From assembly GCA_001600695.1 (NCBI GenBank), contig BCKQ01000008.1, positions 1-64,000 on the forward strand: a DNA stretch of 64,000 nt, written 5' to 3'. A program made the translations under genes and the position numbers. Source of the DNA: Ascoidea asiatica JCM 7603 (Eukaryota > Fungi > Ascomycota). Of this stretch, positions 41,348 through 54,103 are shown piece after piece. The stretch's first letter is position 1. Each line of letters opens with the position of its first letter. The notes beneath the pieces are model-generated. The model was given only the letters and a program-made list of their open reading frames with translations, was not told the DNA's origin and did no database searches.

Positions 41348-43700
41348 CCTCCCGAACTGTAAAAGTTTTAAAGCCAATTTTCAGTAGTACTGACATATTA
41401 GACCGTAATTATAGTAAATCCACATTTAGCGGATAATAATTAATACATTTAGAACCGTAAGCATTTGACGTACATTACAGGATGACCTCCACGTCCAACC
41501 TTAATTCATGAAGCGTATTAGTAACAGAAAAATATTATTAGAAAAGAAAATTATTAGGATGTCATATAATATAACTGGAAGTTGTAAGACAACGAATTAG
41601 CCTAAATATCCAAACACTGCATGCGTGGGACGTGTAGTAAAATATCAGGAATATTGTTTGAAGTGTTGACGTATTTAAATTTTTGTTCTCTTTTGTAAAT
41701 ACTATTTAATATTAATAAAAATCTTTGTTCAATGTGAACTTTACTGTTAATTTTCAACTATCAGTAGTGCAATATACAGCAATTTAATTAACCACAAATA
41801 TCCCATTTGGGACAATTTGAATAGGAAATTTTTTCAATGATAGGTACATGGCAACTGGATTTAAAATTGCTCTTTTTGTTCCAACTATAAATGGTGTCTA
41901 CGGAATATAAGAAAGAATCTCTCTCTAAGAATTAACCAAATAAGATATTGCAACTACAAGCAGGCGCTTGTTAGTCGTAGACAGAGGATGTTCGAGGGGG
42001 GGGTTGAAAATTCAGAAACCCTATATAAGGGAATCACACCTTACATTGTAATAGTACCAATAACAGATTGAAAACCTGCATGGTAATTACCATCGGAGAA
42101 GGTTATTAAGTTATTTTAATCTGAGAAAATATCGGCCCAATTTAATAGAAGTTCCTGTGTGTGTTACAATATGAAACGCACATTTTCAAACAGATTCATT
42201 ATGGTTTACCGTATGTCTTGTTAGACTATCAACTGATTGAGCAATATCCGCTGTCGAAAATCTGGGTAACAAAATCAAACTGACGATCTTTTAGCCATAA
42301 GGCAATTGTTTCATTTCTTGAAAAGTTTTATCTTTTTGAGGCTTTATGTTAAGACTATTGAATAAATCATTAAAAGTTTCATTTATATTATATTTATTTG
42401 TATTAACTAAGAAAGTTTTTACTATTTGTTGAAAGTAGTATTCTTCAATGCAAAAAATGTAACCTGTTTACCCTTTTTATTCCATTTGTAGTGCAAGAAA
42501 CTTTCTGACTTGACCCAATAATTTTATATTAAATAAATCTGAAAAGTCGTGTTTTGTGATTTCCATTACTTTAATCGAACAAGCAGTAAAAATAATAGTA
42601 TTAACATAGGAAGGAATGAATATAACACCGAAGATTGAGGATGTACAGAATATGATGGCAACTTTCCTGTTGAGTATAAACATTCCATTTGATTTGTTCT
42701 TTTAAGTGTATATACCATTGTGGTGGAGCTTCAGGTATATTGTATGTACTTCCTACAAAGTTATATATAGGTTTTGGACATTTTGTATTAACAAATTCTT
42801 GAGCTTAATCAGCTTAAACAAGTTTTTTAACTTTTCCTCTTGACTATGCAGAAGAAACATCGTTAGTTTCAAAGTCCCTTTTCTTCTGAGATCAATTGGT
42901 AATTAATGTAAGAAAAATTTCAATAGCGCGGACAGGGGTATAAGTTTCACCAAACTGCTTTGTAGGTTATTGACGAGGCTCTTGGATGACCGATGTGGCC
43001 TTGCGTTTTAAGTCAGGAATATAATTCAGTGTAAGAATCCATCTACCATTGCAAATTTGGATTTTATTTCATGGTTTAGAAAGTAGGTGCTAAACGTTGA
43101 ATTGGTTTAAAAAATTAACCTCTTTAGAACAAGCATCAATCCAGAGTTTTTAATAATGAGAACGGAGTTCTTTAATTGTTCTGAACGAAGTCGGGTATTT
43201 ATTTAAGTGTTTCGTGTGGATTATAAATTGCCCTGCAATATTGTCTTCTGAAACTTCATATAAACAAAATAATCAAAAGGGAACCGCTCTTTGAGAAAGT
43301 TTGTTAATAAACTTTTTAGACTCTGAACAAAATTTACCATTTATTAAGATTTCATCTAATGTATTTGAGAGATATATTTGTACAAATTCTTCATCAGGTG
43401 AACTAAAACCTGAAAAAGAACCTTCATTTTCGAATGGAATATATGTGGGAATCGAATAATTCAAATATTTTTTATCAGTATTTTCATAGTTAGACTTGAA
43501 TACAGTACATAGCTCTTTTAGGGAGTATTCTCAAATGAATAAGAAAATGAATTGGGAAGTTAGATGTATCATTTACATGAAAAACAGAAACTTGATTAGT
43601 TGAAGTTATCTAACTAGATCATGTTGAAGGAAATGCTTCAACAATCGTTTCTAACCTCAGTTGTTATAATACTAAATTATAATCCCATGATCGTTATTTT

Positions 43701-43790
43701 TTGTTTGAATTTTTAATATTTGTTTCAATTTTTATTACGTGTTTTAATTTTTATTATTTGTTTCACTTTTTATTTTAGTTATTTATATTT
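43701..43790 (+). repeat. Second, shorter array of the 19-bp TGTTTCAATTTTTATTA minisatellite
   Basis: About four units matching the consensus of 33661-33850. Confidence 0.75.
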
Positions 43791-44435
43791 ATTTGTGTTT
43801 GTCTATTTATTTCTCCATTTGGTTCACATTTGTTTAAAAGAGATATCGAAACACCTTGAGTTAAGGTAATTTTATTTAAATTTATTTCTTGGATTATTAT
43901 TAATGTTTAGTATTTACATCACATCTCAAATAACGTAATTTTTCCTCCCCCTTCCTAATTCAAACAATTAAACTATTTCAAAATAAGTTAGGACTTTATC
44001 TCCCTCTTATTTTGGAATTTTATATTCAACATGAGGACACAACTTTTTTATTGATGATTCAAGTGATATTTCTATTAACAATAAAACTAAGAGAATGTCT
44101 CAAAACATAATTATTGCGAGTGCAAATCATATAATTATTTCAAATTACTTTTCTAAAATAAAGTTATTTACTACATAAAAACACTGAACTCTCTTCTATA
44201 AGGGCGGCAATAATTCCAGTTTAACCTTAGTGAATAATTATTCATGCTCAATTAATATTCACTCAAAATTTCTTTTTTTTCAATTCCCTTTAACTAGAAT
44301 TTGAATGTTAGTGCCAACCTCAATTTGTATCGTAAGTTGTTACAATTTATTTTAATTATTCATTCCACATTATTTTCCCAAATAGAAAAAAATATTATTT
44401 ATGAAAAATCAATTTCCAAAATTATTTGTCCAATT

Positions 44436-44932
44436 ATGTTATCAGCTGCCAAAGTATAAGCTGAAACATGAAGGCATGTTAGAACAACTTAATCAACATT
44501 CCCAACTTAACTAACAATACTAAAGGTAACATTGAAGAAATTGAGGTTATTGTTGAAAAAGGAGTCCCCCAGGAGCCTTCTGATTCAATTCAAAATAATA
44601 ATAAAGATAAACTTCAACATTTATCCAATACTCAAAATATCTAGTTGTGTTCTCCATTCCGACAGTCAGGTTCAGTATAGACCAAGTAAATGGTTGGAGA
44701 AATTGTTTTCAATCCAAGTGATTATCAAAAGAATGCCATACAAATTATTGAATCCGAGTCAAAAGGAAACCTTTTAAGTCTTTCTAGACTTTGGAGACTG
44801 GTTCACCTTAAGTATGTTAATATTTCTCAACCATTGTTTACTAGAATTTATAATAATTTGACTGAACTTATTCAACTTTCTACTAATTTATCTTCTTCTG
44901 ATGGAAACTTTGGATTCATTGGAACTTCCTAA
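44436..44932 (+). pseudogene. Orphan ORF relic antisense to the surrounding copia element
   Basis: ATG at 44436; a broken frame leads into ORF 44690-44932 (…LSRLWRLVHLKYVNISQPLFTRIYNNL…). Confidence 0.35.
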
Positions 44933-47900
44933 CTACAATTGTTTTCTATTTAAGTTTTACTTATTATTCTATATAGTTTTCTACCCAGAATTTTACTATA
45001 AAAATCTTGATTTCTTTTTCTCTCTTTTCTTTTTCATTTATTAACTTTTAATTCTCATCATTCAATTTTCTAATTGTATGAACTCATTCTAATTAATAAA
45101 TATCTTTATTTTTTTTATAATGAATTTGAGTATCGCACCTGATTGTACGCAATGATCAAGATAGATTTTCTGTTTAACAATTTTGGTAAGCCAGTTTAAA
45201 AGTAAAAATATCCAATTTGGGTTTAGAGTTATGTTCTTCGATAGAGTTAACGAAAGAGCATTTTTTAGATAAAAAATATATTCATTATTACAATTGGAAT
45301 TTATTGGAGTTATAATAGAAGAAGTAAAGTTGAAATCAAAAGAGACAATCTTAATAGGATAGCTTAATGAAGAACTTATATTATCAGAAGAAGTTGATTC
45401 TTTTAAAATTAAGTTGTTTGAGTTTATCAAAATTCGAGAAATAAATGTATTTTTTTATTCTCAGCTGGGTGTCCAAAAAAACTTGTATGTTTTTTTATTT
45501 TGCTTTTATTTATACGTTGAATCGACCCACAAAAACTGAGAGTAATTCGATTATTAGAATAATACTCATATGGTTTTTGGAGCTAAGTAAATGGGAGATA
45601 TATTCTTATTCTTATTAATACCTCAATTAGAGTCATTACTGACATCGTTTTGAATACTGTTTAATAAGAAATTACCCCTATTGTGCACGAAATGATTAAG
45701 AGAATCAGTAATTTGATTATTGCAAATACTATATTTATAGTCTGGAAAATAACCTTTATCTTCGAGGTAATCAGATTTGTTAAAAGGAAGTTTGATAGCA
45801 GGTTAAGCTTCTTTATGATAAGCTGAAACTGAATCAATTGAATTTTTGCTTCTGTCTGCAGGGATTATTTAAATATCAGTTAAATTTTCATTCAAATTAA
45901 GGTCTTTGAATAATTTTTGTTTCTTGCACTAGTTACATACTTCAGTAATCATCATTATCATCTGATCGTGATTTAACTAAGGATTACCAATTTTCTATCT
46001 ATGTTCACACAGCTAAAATTCTTAACGTGTTTAAAAGTTTTTGAACACTGTAATCTAAGTAAATCTTTAGTTTCAAAAACTAGAAAACCAAATTACTGAA
46101 ATTGATCAACTGAGGGTTTATAATTCTAGTGTAGTTCAAATGGAGTTATTTTATTATTGTTAGGCAGACATACTTTATGCCTGTCCAGTTAAGCACATAT
46201 AGTGGTTCCCCATAAATAGGCAGGAACACCTTAACTGTCTGATAGAGTTCACCAGTTTGTAAATAAGGTTCAATTACCCTTTTAAGTTAACCCATTTTCC
46301 ATACTTCTGTATCCAACCCTTTATTTTTGGTCAGTTCCATCCATGATATATTTTTGACTAATTCAGATGTTGAACATTTCAGCTCCTTGTTCAGTGACTA
46401 TAAATGTTCTTTTTTATACGGAAATACGTTTGTAGGCGGTTTAAGAAAAAAGTTAAGTGAATGCTAGATTCTCCCTTTTAATGTATAAGTTTAGCATAAA
46501 TAACATTAGTAAATTTATGAGCAAGCCCAAGAATACATTTTTAACCCGTCGTACTTATAGGAATGAGATCACCTGTTGCATCAACTAGAATAATTTGATT
46601 TTGTTCAGTAGCAACAAGTTTGCATTTGATTGCCATGTTAACATTACTATTAGGTTTTGAACATATGTCACAGCTAGAGAACTTGTTGGATATTGTAAGA
46701 TTTTTTTGATGAATAGCATTAGAATCAATAAGTTTTAATATAATATGGCGATAGGATGCCTAGATTTATGATGTATTTCGGAATTCGATTTTAAAGAGCT
46801 AATCCTAAAATTGCAATTTGTGTCAATAAAATTGTTGAAACATCAGTTATAGGATTTGTAAAGATTAATCTTTCATTCTTCTCATCATAAGTCGAGCATT
46901 CAAGATCAAGTTTATCTGTTTTGAGACCAAGCATATCAGAATTTTGGAGATGAGGAACGACAATATCAGAGCCATCTGGAGTATAGTAAACATTGAAGAA
47001 TGTCATTTTAATAATTTTATTATTCCCTATAATATATCTAATGACATTCCGATTACCAATTAATTATATAGGAACATAAGAGTAATTGTAAATAGTTTCA
47101 ATATTTGAATGGCAAAATGTTATAAATATGTAATATATAGTTATTTCCCGTTGTACAAAGTCGACGTAGGAATCTAATAGTGTCCAAAAAAAATTTGCTA
47201 AATTTTAGCAAGGACAATAAGTTTAGCTTTGCGAATTGAGTTAATAGATTTAAGGGTATTAATTTTGGTAAGACCTCGTCCATAATAAGTCTTACTGTGT
47301 TTCTTAAAGTAAATAGCACTATTATAGCGGTTATAGCTGGATGTAACATAACTGGAACAATTATTTTTATTAATAGTATTTGATTTAGTTGGAAAAGTTT
47401 TCTGTTTATTGCGAATTTTAATGTATGTTGAGTGATTTTTAATATTTGTATTATCAGAAATAAAAATTTTATCAGATAATAAAACTTGAATGAAGATTGA
47501 TGTGCCTGTATTATATATAATAAACGATTCTTCAGTATTAATAATGTTACATTATTGATTCACAATAACATGAAGTATTCAGTTAAAAGAAACATAACAT
47601 TAAGTTTTATTATGAGGAAACCCTTTTAATTTTTTGCAACCAACAAACAATTTTTCAGAGAAAATTGAATCACTTTTAACAGGATATAAACTCCAGGATG
47701 AGACGATAATTTATATTTTTAGATAGCTGTGCAAACATGTGTTTTGAAGTGTTTCTTTATTTTAATTTATGAATTAAAATTTCATATAAGATATGTGCGT
47801 GCATATTATATTATGGACTTACAGAAACTCTATCAAACAATTTTGTAAAACCAAACTCGCAATAGCAAACGTTACTGAAAAAAGTGGATACAGTATTAGC

Positions 47901-50657
47901 TTGACAATTTGAACGAGTTATACTCGTTTGTTTAATAAATTCGTGGACTAGCAATACATCAAAACAAAAAAATTAAGATCAAAAATGAAAATAATAGTAT
48001 TTGTATTTTTTTCAATTGTTTATACCTTGAACTGTAAAGCGGAGTTAAGATGGGGAGGAATTATAAAAATTCTACTAGGACCGGTAGCAGTAAACCCTAA
48101 TTAAAAAGAACATTTAGAATTATGCTTTTTACGTAATACTGAATTGGAGAGAATAAAATCGATTAGCTTAAGAAATTCATCACTTCAAGTATATTTAACA
48201 GTAGTTTTCATACCAGGGGAATCTGGAAGAACAATATCATCCGTATTCCAAAACTCCTCGTTCCTTTAAGAGGAATTATTATTTTTAGAAGTATTCATTT
48301 CATTAATAGGTTCATTACTATCCCGAATTTCAAAAAAAGAGACATGTTCTGATGTAATTAAGGAAACTCCTAAATCCTGAAAAGGATTTTCCGGAGTAAG
48401 ATCTTTATTAGTAGAAGAGGGTAGGATTTTAGGTAAAATAATTTTTTTTATTAATAAAATTTGAAGCAAAATTGCCAGTACAATGTAAACAGTATTTTGT
48501 TTGTACATTGTAAAACTCATAATCCTTGAAAGTAGGATGAACATTCTTTTATGTTGGTAGAGATGAAACCGGTTTTAAAATTGTCCGCAAGACATATTTT
48601 TGGAATTTTGATAGAAGGAACTCTAGGAATATCAGTAGCTATTTAAAAATTCTCTTGAAATTTTCTACTTGAATCAAAGTAGTATTAAATTTATCATGAT
48701 TATTTATGTTTAAAATTTTAATTGAAGAACTTTTTTCACAAAGTTTTCAAAGTTTTTTGCACATTTAGTCTTTTTAAAAGGTTCACTTTAGAACAATAAT
48801 ATTTACCAAATAATTGAACAAATAAAGAATTAACAGATGCCAGTTTGTATTAAACTAATAATTTGTAGAATTTAGTTAATTCATTATGGAACATAGGGGA
48901 AACAAAGTCCAGAGGTTTTAACATCTTACCGTCACAAAGTATTTTTCTTTATTTAGAATGTGACTGAAAAATCTCATCTCATGAAGAGTTTTAAAAGGAG
49001 GACCAATGAACTGAGGTCAATGAGTCTCGAAAATAAGTAGAATATGCTGGTCATGGTTTTCAGTTGGAGAAGAATTATTCTCAAATGAATTTTATTTATT
49101 ATTTACACTTAAAACCTTAGTCGTATAACTACCACAACATAGTTTTAATCTTTTAACTGAAGGAGGTTATCATTCTGTTGAGCGTTTGAGTATCAAATCC
49201 TTTAGTTCCCTGTAAAATATAAGCAGTAAAGCAGTAATTTTTCCTTTCTGTATTCTAATTTTGAATAATTAATTTATCATTGTCAACATTTATAGATTTT
49301 AATAAATCGAGGGGGGGTTAAAGTATATTCAATAATCAATTGAGCATTATCGTTTAATGACAAAGAAACAAGTTTATCTTTATATCTATTATAGTTATCT
49401 GTAATAATCGATCTTTTGAAATTTCTTTTACCGAATTTCACAAAACGGTTTTGGATAAATTGATGTAAGTATTTTCATTTTTAAGTAATTCTTCACTATC
49501 AGAGGAAATAATATGATTAAAAAAATTCTTATTTTCTGCCCGAATTGATTCGCAGTTTTCAGAACTTCATTTCTTAATTTGAAGCTAATAATTGATCCTA
49601 ATTAATTGACAGGAACTTCAGGAGAAATTTTTCTCCTGAAGCTTCATAATTAGGACTTGAACTTTGACTTTTGAAAACTCAATATCATCAAATACTAGTT
49701 GTTGAGTAGAAAAGTCATGATTTTCTTGAATATTATTATTTAAAAATTGTTCAATAATAGCTTCATTTTCAGGGGATATATCATTTTGTAAAGGAAATTC
49801 ACCAAATTGGTCTTGAGTGATTCATTGAAATGATTCAAGTGGAGAACAAAATCTATCTACCAATGTATCAAGATGATCAAAATGTTTAACCGGAGATGTG
49901 ATAACTTCCAAAAGCAATTTTGCAAGTTGCTTATCTTCATTGTTAGAATTGTCATTATCTGAAGTTATATCATTTCAAATTAAATTAATAGGTAATTTAA
50001 TAAAAGGTTTCGGAAAGAATTCATTGGGATAATTAAGGAATACTCCATTATTAGGGTTATTATTTCTTAACGTTGAATTGTGTCAGTCCTAATTTCTCTT
50101 TCAGTATCAATGAATGTTTTGTCTTCAAGATGTATTTATAATTTATAACTCTCAATAATTTTAGCTTGTAAGAAAACACCTTGATTGATTTCATTTTCAT
50201 TGATTTTTTCAACTGTGATAAATGTAAAATAGTTGATACGCTAAATAATAAAGGAAATTTAAAGTGAATTTTTTCATGAATCTGGAACGAATTCTTTTAT
50301 GTTTTCAAATTTAGATATAACTTGAATGTATTGATAAGTATCATCATTATTCAGTTTACCAACTAGAGAATTATCAACATTACAATCAATTAGAGCATCT
50401 GTCATTTTGTTACCTGAATTATAAATAATTGAAATTGCCGTTAGAGTCGAATAGAAAAAGAAATCATTATTAAATTAAAACAGTTCTAAGATATCTACAT
50501 TGATAAACAAATTAAAAACGATCATTTTAGAAAATTTAGTTCAGAATACTATTAGAAAACAAATTAAAGGAAATAGTTTCAAACTAACAATGACTGAATA
50601 AGATTTTGAAATTCATAAGAGAATTAGAACAATTTAGGAATAAGATAAAAATGTTTA

Positions 50658-51718
50658 TGTCAGGATTTTTAGGGATTACCACGTGCAGTGATATGGGCTA
50701 GTTCATTAGCCGGACACTATCAATCTGGCCGACAGCCTAATAGTACAAGACCTTCTAATAAAGCCCTTTGCCTATGCAGACTGGAGGACAACGGAATTCC
50801 TCTTGCGATACTTTCTTGGCAATAGTGTTCTCCTAAGGCCTAAAAATTGCATCGTTAGTCCCGTTGTACTGGTTTAAACTTTGTATCTTGATCAAGTATG
50901 CACAACCAAGGGGTGACCGACATCAGTGAATATCGATTGTCGCCAATCCTGTAACGGGATGTACCATTCAGATACGTGCAGTACTATCCCTAAACAATGG
51001 TCCATATCATTAGTCAGATCCTCTGGCGTGGTTCAGATGAGAAACTGATTACGTAATTATGACGATGGGATTGTGATTGTGGTATAACGGCAGGAATCGG
51101 ATCTAGGGACATTGGAAAGGCCTGGTTTGGTGTCCGAATTAGTAATTGTCGGATGCTGTTATTGGTTTTTACTTTTTTGCGAGGTGCTAATATACCGTAA
51201 GAAGATGTGATTTGTTGGCATGGATAACTATTCTTGGCGAACAAGGTGATATCATGGGGCTTTCTGAATGGAAATTGGTTACTGATTAGCTACAAGTTGA
51301 TGGGCTACTTTGTAATTAGAATGTGGACACTAATCGAATAATGTCTTTGTAGGTTGTATCAAACAGAACCTTTACATGTAGGTTCTATCAGAATGTATGT
51401 GCACAATACGAACTTGTGACTTGAGATTACGAGACGTAATTGCAACCCCGCATTATACAGGTAGGACCAGATATCATCCCTAATCTTGGCTCCATGATAG
51501 CAATGGTTTTGCTATGCATATGTCAAATGGCTGGTAAGATACATAAGATATATGTCATCGGATTCGGATCCAACTTAGTATAAATTGACCTTGTCTGTTT
51601 AACTGTTTCATATGAATTTTTATATAAAGATTATTGATCTTACTGAATATCATTCATAATAATAATAATTATAATTTTAATATTATCCAGCAGTTTCCAC
51701 TGAAGATCAAGTATAACA
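50658..51718 (+). mobile_element. Long LTR-like repeat, copy C (~1.06 kb), apparently solo
   Basis: Starts TGTCAGGATTTTTAGG, has TATAAATTGACCTTG at ~51579 as in copies A and B, and ends ...ATAACA. No matching TSD seen. Confidence 0.7.
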
Positions 51719-53936
51719 AATGAATGAAAAAGCTAAGTTCCTAAACTATTTATTTTGCTAATCAAAATAAACAAGAAAATTTTTTTAAAATTATTTAAAT
51801 TTATTAAAAAATGAAGGGAGTTAAAAACATTTTGCAAAGCAAATTGGGTGTTTAATAATGCTTTTTATGTAAGTTGTCATTCTAGCAGTTTACTTTTAGC
51901 TAAACAGAAATTTTCTACTGTAATTAGCTTTGAAAATGAACATTGAGTTCAAGTTATATGAAACCAGTAGACGTCTGAAAGTATTGACATTGGCTACGGT
52001 TATTAGTAATACTAATCAACATGATTCCAAAAAAAAAGTTCTGAATATTAGCTTACGAAGCAATGCTGCTTAATGAAAGTGATATTTTATTAAACCATTT
52101 TTGGGACTAGAATAAATAGTAAAAATAACTAATGTTTTAGGGTTTCTAATCCTAATGAAAGTACGAAAAAGAATATTATAATGCCATTAATATTCAAACG
52201 TTAAAATGCATTGTTAAACGATTATTAATCAGAGTAATGAAGGCAATTCAGTAGCCCATTGAAGTAAGTGGCAGAGCTACATGATAATTAGTTCAACATC
52301 AGTATTATTTGAATCAATTAAAATTTGGCAAAACATGAAAGCCACTCGGGAAACTAATTGGCGTAATAACTGCAAACTATTTTACGTTCAAACAAAAATG
52401 AATTCATTAGCTGCAACTTACATATTAAGAGTTAAACTAAAGATTGACTATTGAAACCACTCATTGTGGCACAACGTGAATATTTATAAAAAAATTAAAA
52501 TCAGCATCAACCGTTGTTATTTCAATTTGAAATTACACCCATCACTTAATATACAGTAACAAATATTATCGATTTAGTTGCCATATGGCATTTGCAATTC
52601 ACCTTACCAAAACCTTTTAAATTTTTTTGAGCTAGGTGTGTTTCGTGTTCATAGTTTGATAGCCATTAAACGTTGATTAATTTTAAAAGTAAATGATACA
52701 AAATGGTAACAAAACAGCTCTTTTCCAATATATTTTAGTACAGCCGATAAGCTAAAGAACCAACGAAATTATTACTAAAATTTGAATTACTAATCAGAAA
52801 AGTGGTAAAACAATTAATAGTTTTATGTAGTCAGATTGTGAACTTCAATAGTTACCTTGAACATAAATCAAGTGTGGTTTGAAAGATCATGTGACTTCTT
52901 TAACAGATTTCACATGTTATAAGAATCACATGCTTTGGTAAACTTTATTAGTTACACAAAGACTTGTTGAACCTAATTTAATTCTATTACAACCAATATA
53001 TGGACACAATTTGAATAATCCAGATAACCAAGGTTTTTTCATTTATTTGAGATATGTATGTGCACATCTGGTCACACATCAAACTACATCCATGCTAGTT
53101 TTCTTTAATTAAAGCACCGAATGCCGGAAGTTACCGTAAAAACCTTTCCATTACCATATCCCATACCATTGCCGTAATTGTCACTCTTTCAGCCTTCAGC
53201 GACTGCTAAACGTTAAAACCTACCAATATACTGACGAAAATAATAAAACTTTAGTTTGGTACACCGAAAATCACAAAACTATACAGGCCTCTGAAATATA
53301 AATGGAATTGATTTATACAATAGCAAACCCAAACACTTTCAGCGATTCCTGCAGTTTCTCGTCTTTCCATATTATACCAATTCCCTAATGAATTCACTCC
53401 TTCTAAAGTCGGCTTTTCTCGTATTCTGTTTATTTCACCTTTCATACCGGTAACCTCAGTACCCTTGCACTATTCAAATTCATATCTGGCTTCCCGACCA
53501 ACAAACCCCATTCATCTTCAAACAATCTCAATTATTTTCATTTATTATATTACCATATTCTTTCTCGCAATTCTTAAAATATACCCTGGATACCAGTATT
53601 GTTGTGAATTAATATCCAAACATACCTACAGTGAGTAATATCTGGAGTCTGAGTTAAAATATTTTGCTGGAGGAAATCCTTAATTCCCAATTCACCATAT
53701 TCCTGCTATTTCTGTAAAACCAATAATATATACCCAACCAAAGGCTTCAGCTCTTTTTGGATTTTGGTTTTCCCAAAATATAAAATGAAGTTCACCAAAT
53801 TGCTGTTTGTGCTTACTTATGAGTTTTTCAAAAGTCCCAAGTCAAAGGAAATCTTCACCAAATGGAATTACTTTTACTTCGAAAAACTATTTTCAAAGCC
53901 ACAAATTTTTCAGTTTCAAATATCAGTGTTTTTTAC

Positions 53937-53942
53937 TATAAA
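53937..53942 (+). promoter_or_regulatory. Probable TATA box of the secreted-protein gene (mirrored at 63279-63284, minus strand)
   Basis: TATAAA ~165 bp upstream of the ATG, followed by a pyrimidine-rich leader. Confidence 0.5.
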
Positions 53943-54103
53943 TACTTACAGAATTTCCAAGTTTTTATTTCAAAGTTATTTTTCCTTTCTTTCTCTTTCT
54001 TCTGTCTTCTTTCTTTACCATCAAACAATAATATCTAGTAACCTCTACTAATTTCCTCATCTCATTGAAAATTGTCTCTCCAGTCTAACTTCCAATCTAA
54101 AAA

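Larger units (their letters stand above)
41348..50650 (-). mobile_element. Degraded Ty1/copia internal region(s), probably nested or composite
   Basis: Minus strand: gag-like region with YCLHC (~48480), protease region and FFNVYY (~47000), SCDICSK zinc motif (~46670), integrase (TEQGAEMF, VPAYLWG, TPFELH; 46130-46400), RT (WIDACSKEV, ETYTPV, DVSSA, PSYVNTIIF; 42600-43150) and RNase H end KYVNTSNNIPDIL (~41650). Extra DNA at ~43600-45000 and ~47400-48100 suggests insertions. Confidence 0.85.

Noticed and set aside
41995-42003. GAGGGGGGG as a plus-strand PPT before an LTR
   Set aside because: It lies inside the minus-strand copia RNase H coding region.
51720-52000. 5' LTR remnant matching 40890-41347
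   Set aside because: Only a short AAGGGA...AAAAACATTTTGC match, too weak in AT-rich DNA.
53251-54051. ORFs 53251-53445 and 53764-54051 and their mirrors at 63776 and 63170
   Set aside because: They span the promoter and leader of the 186-aa gene; their duplication only reflects the inverted repeat.
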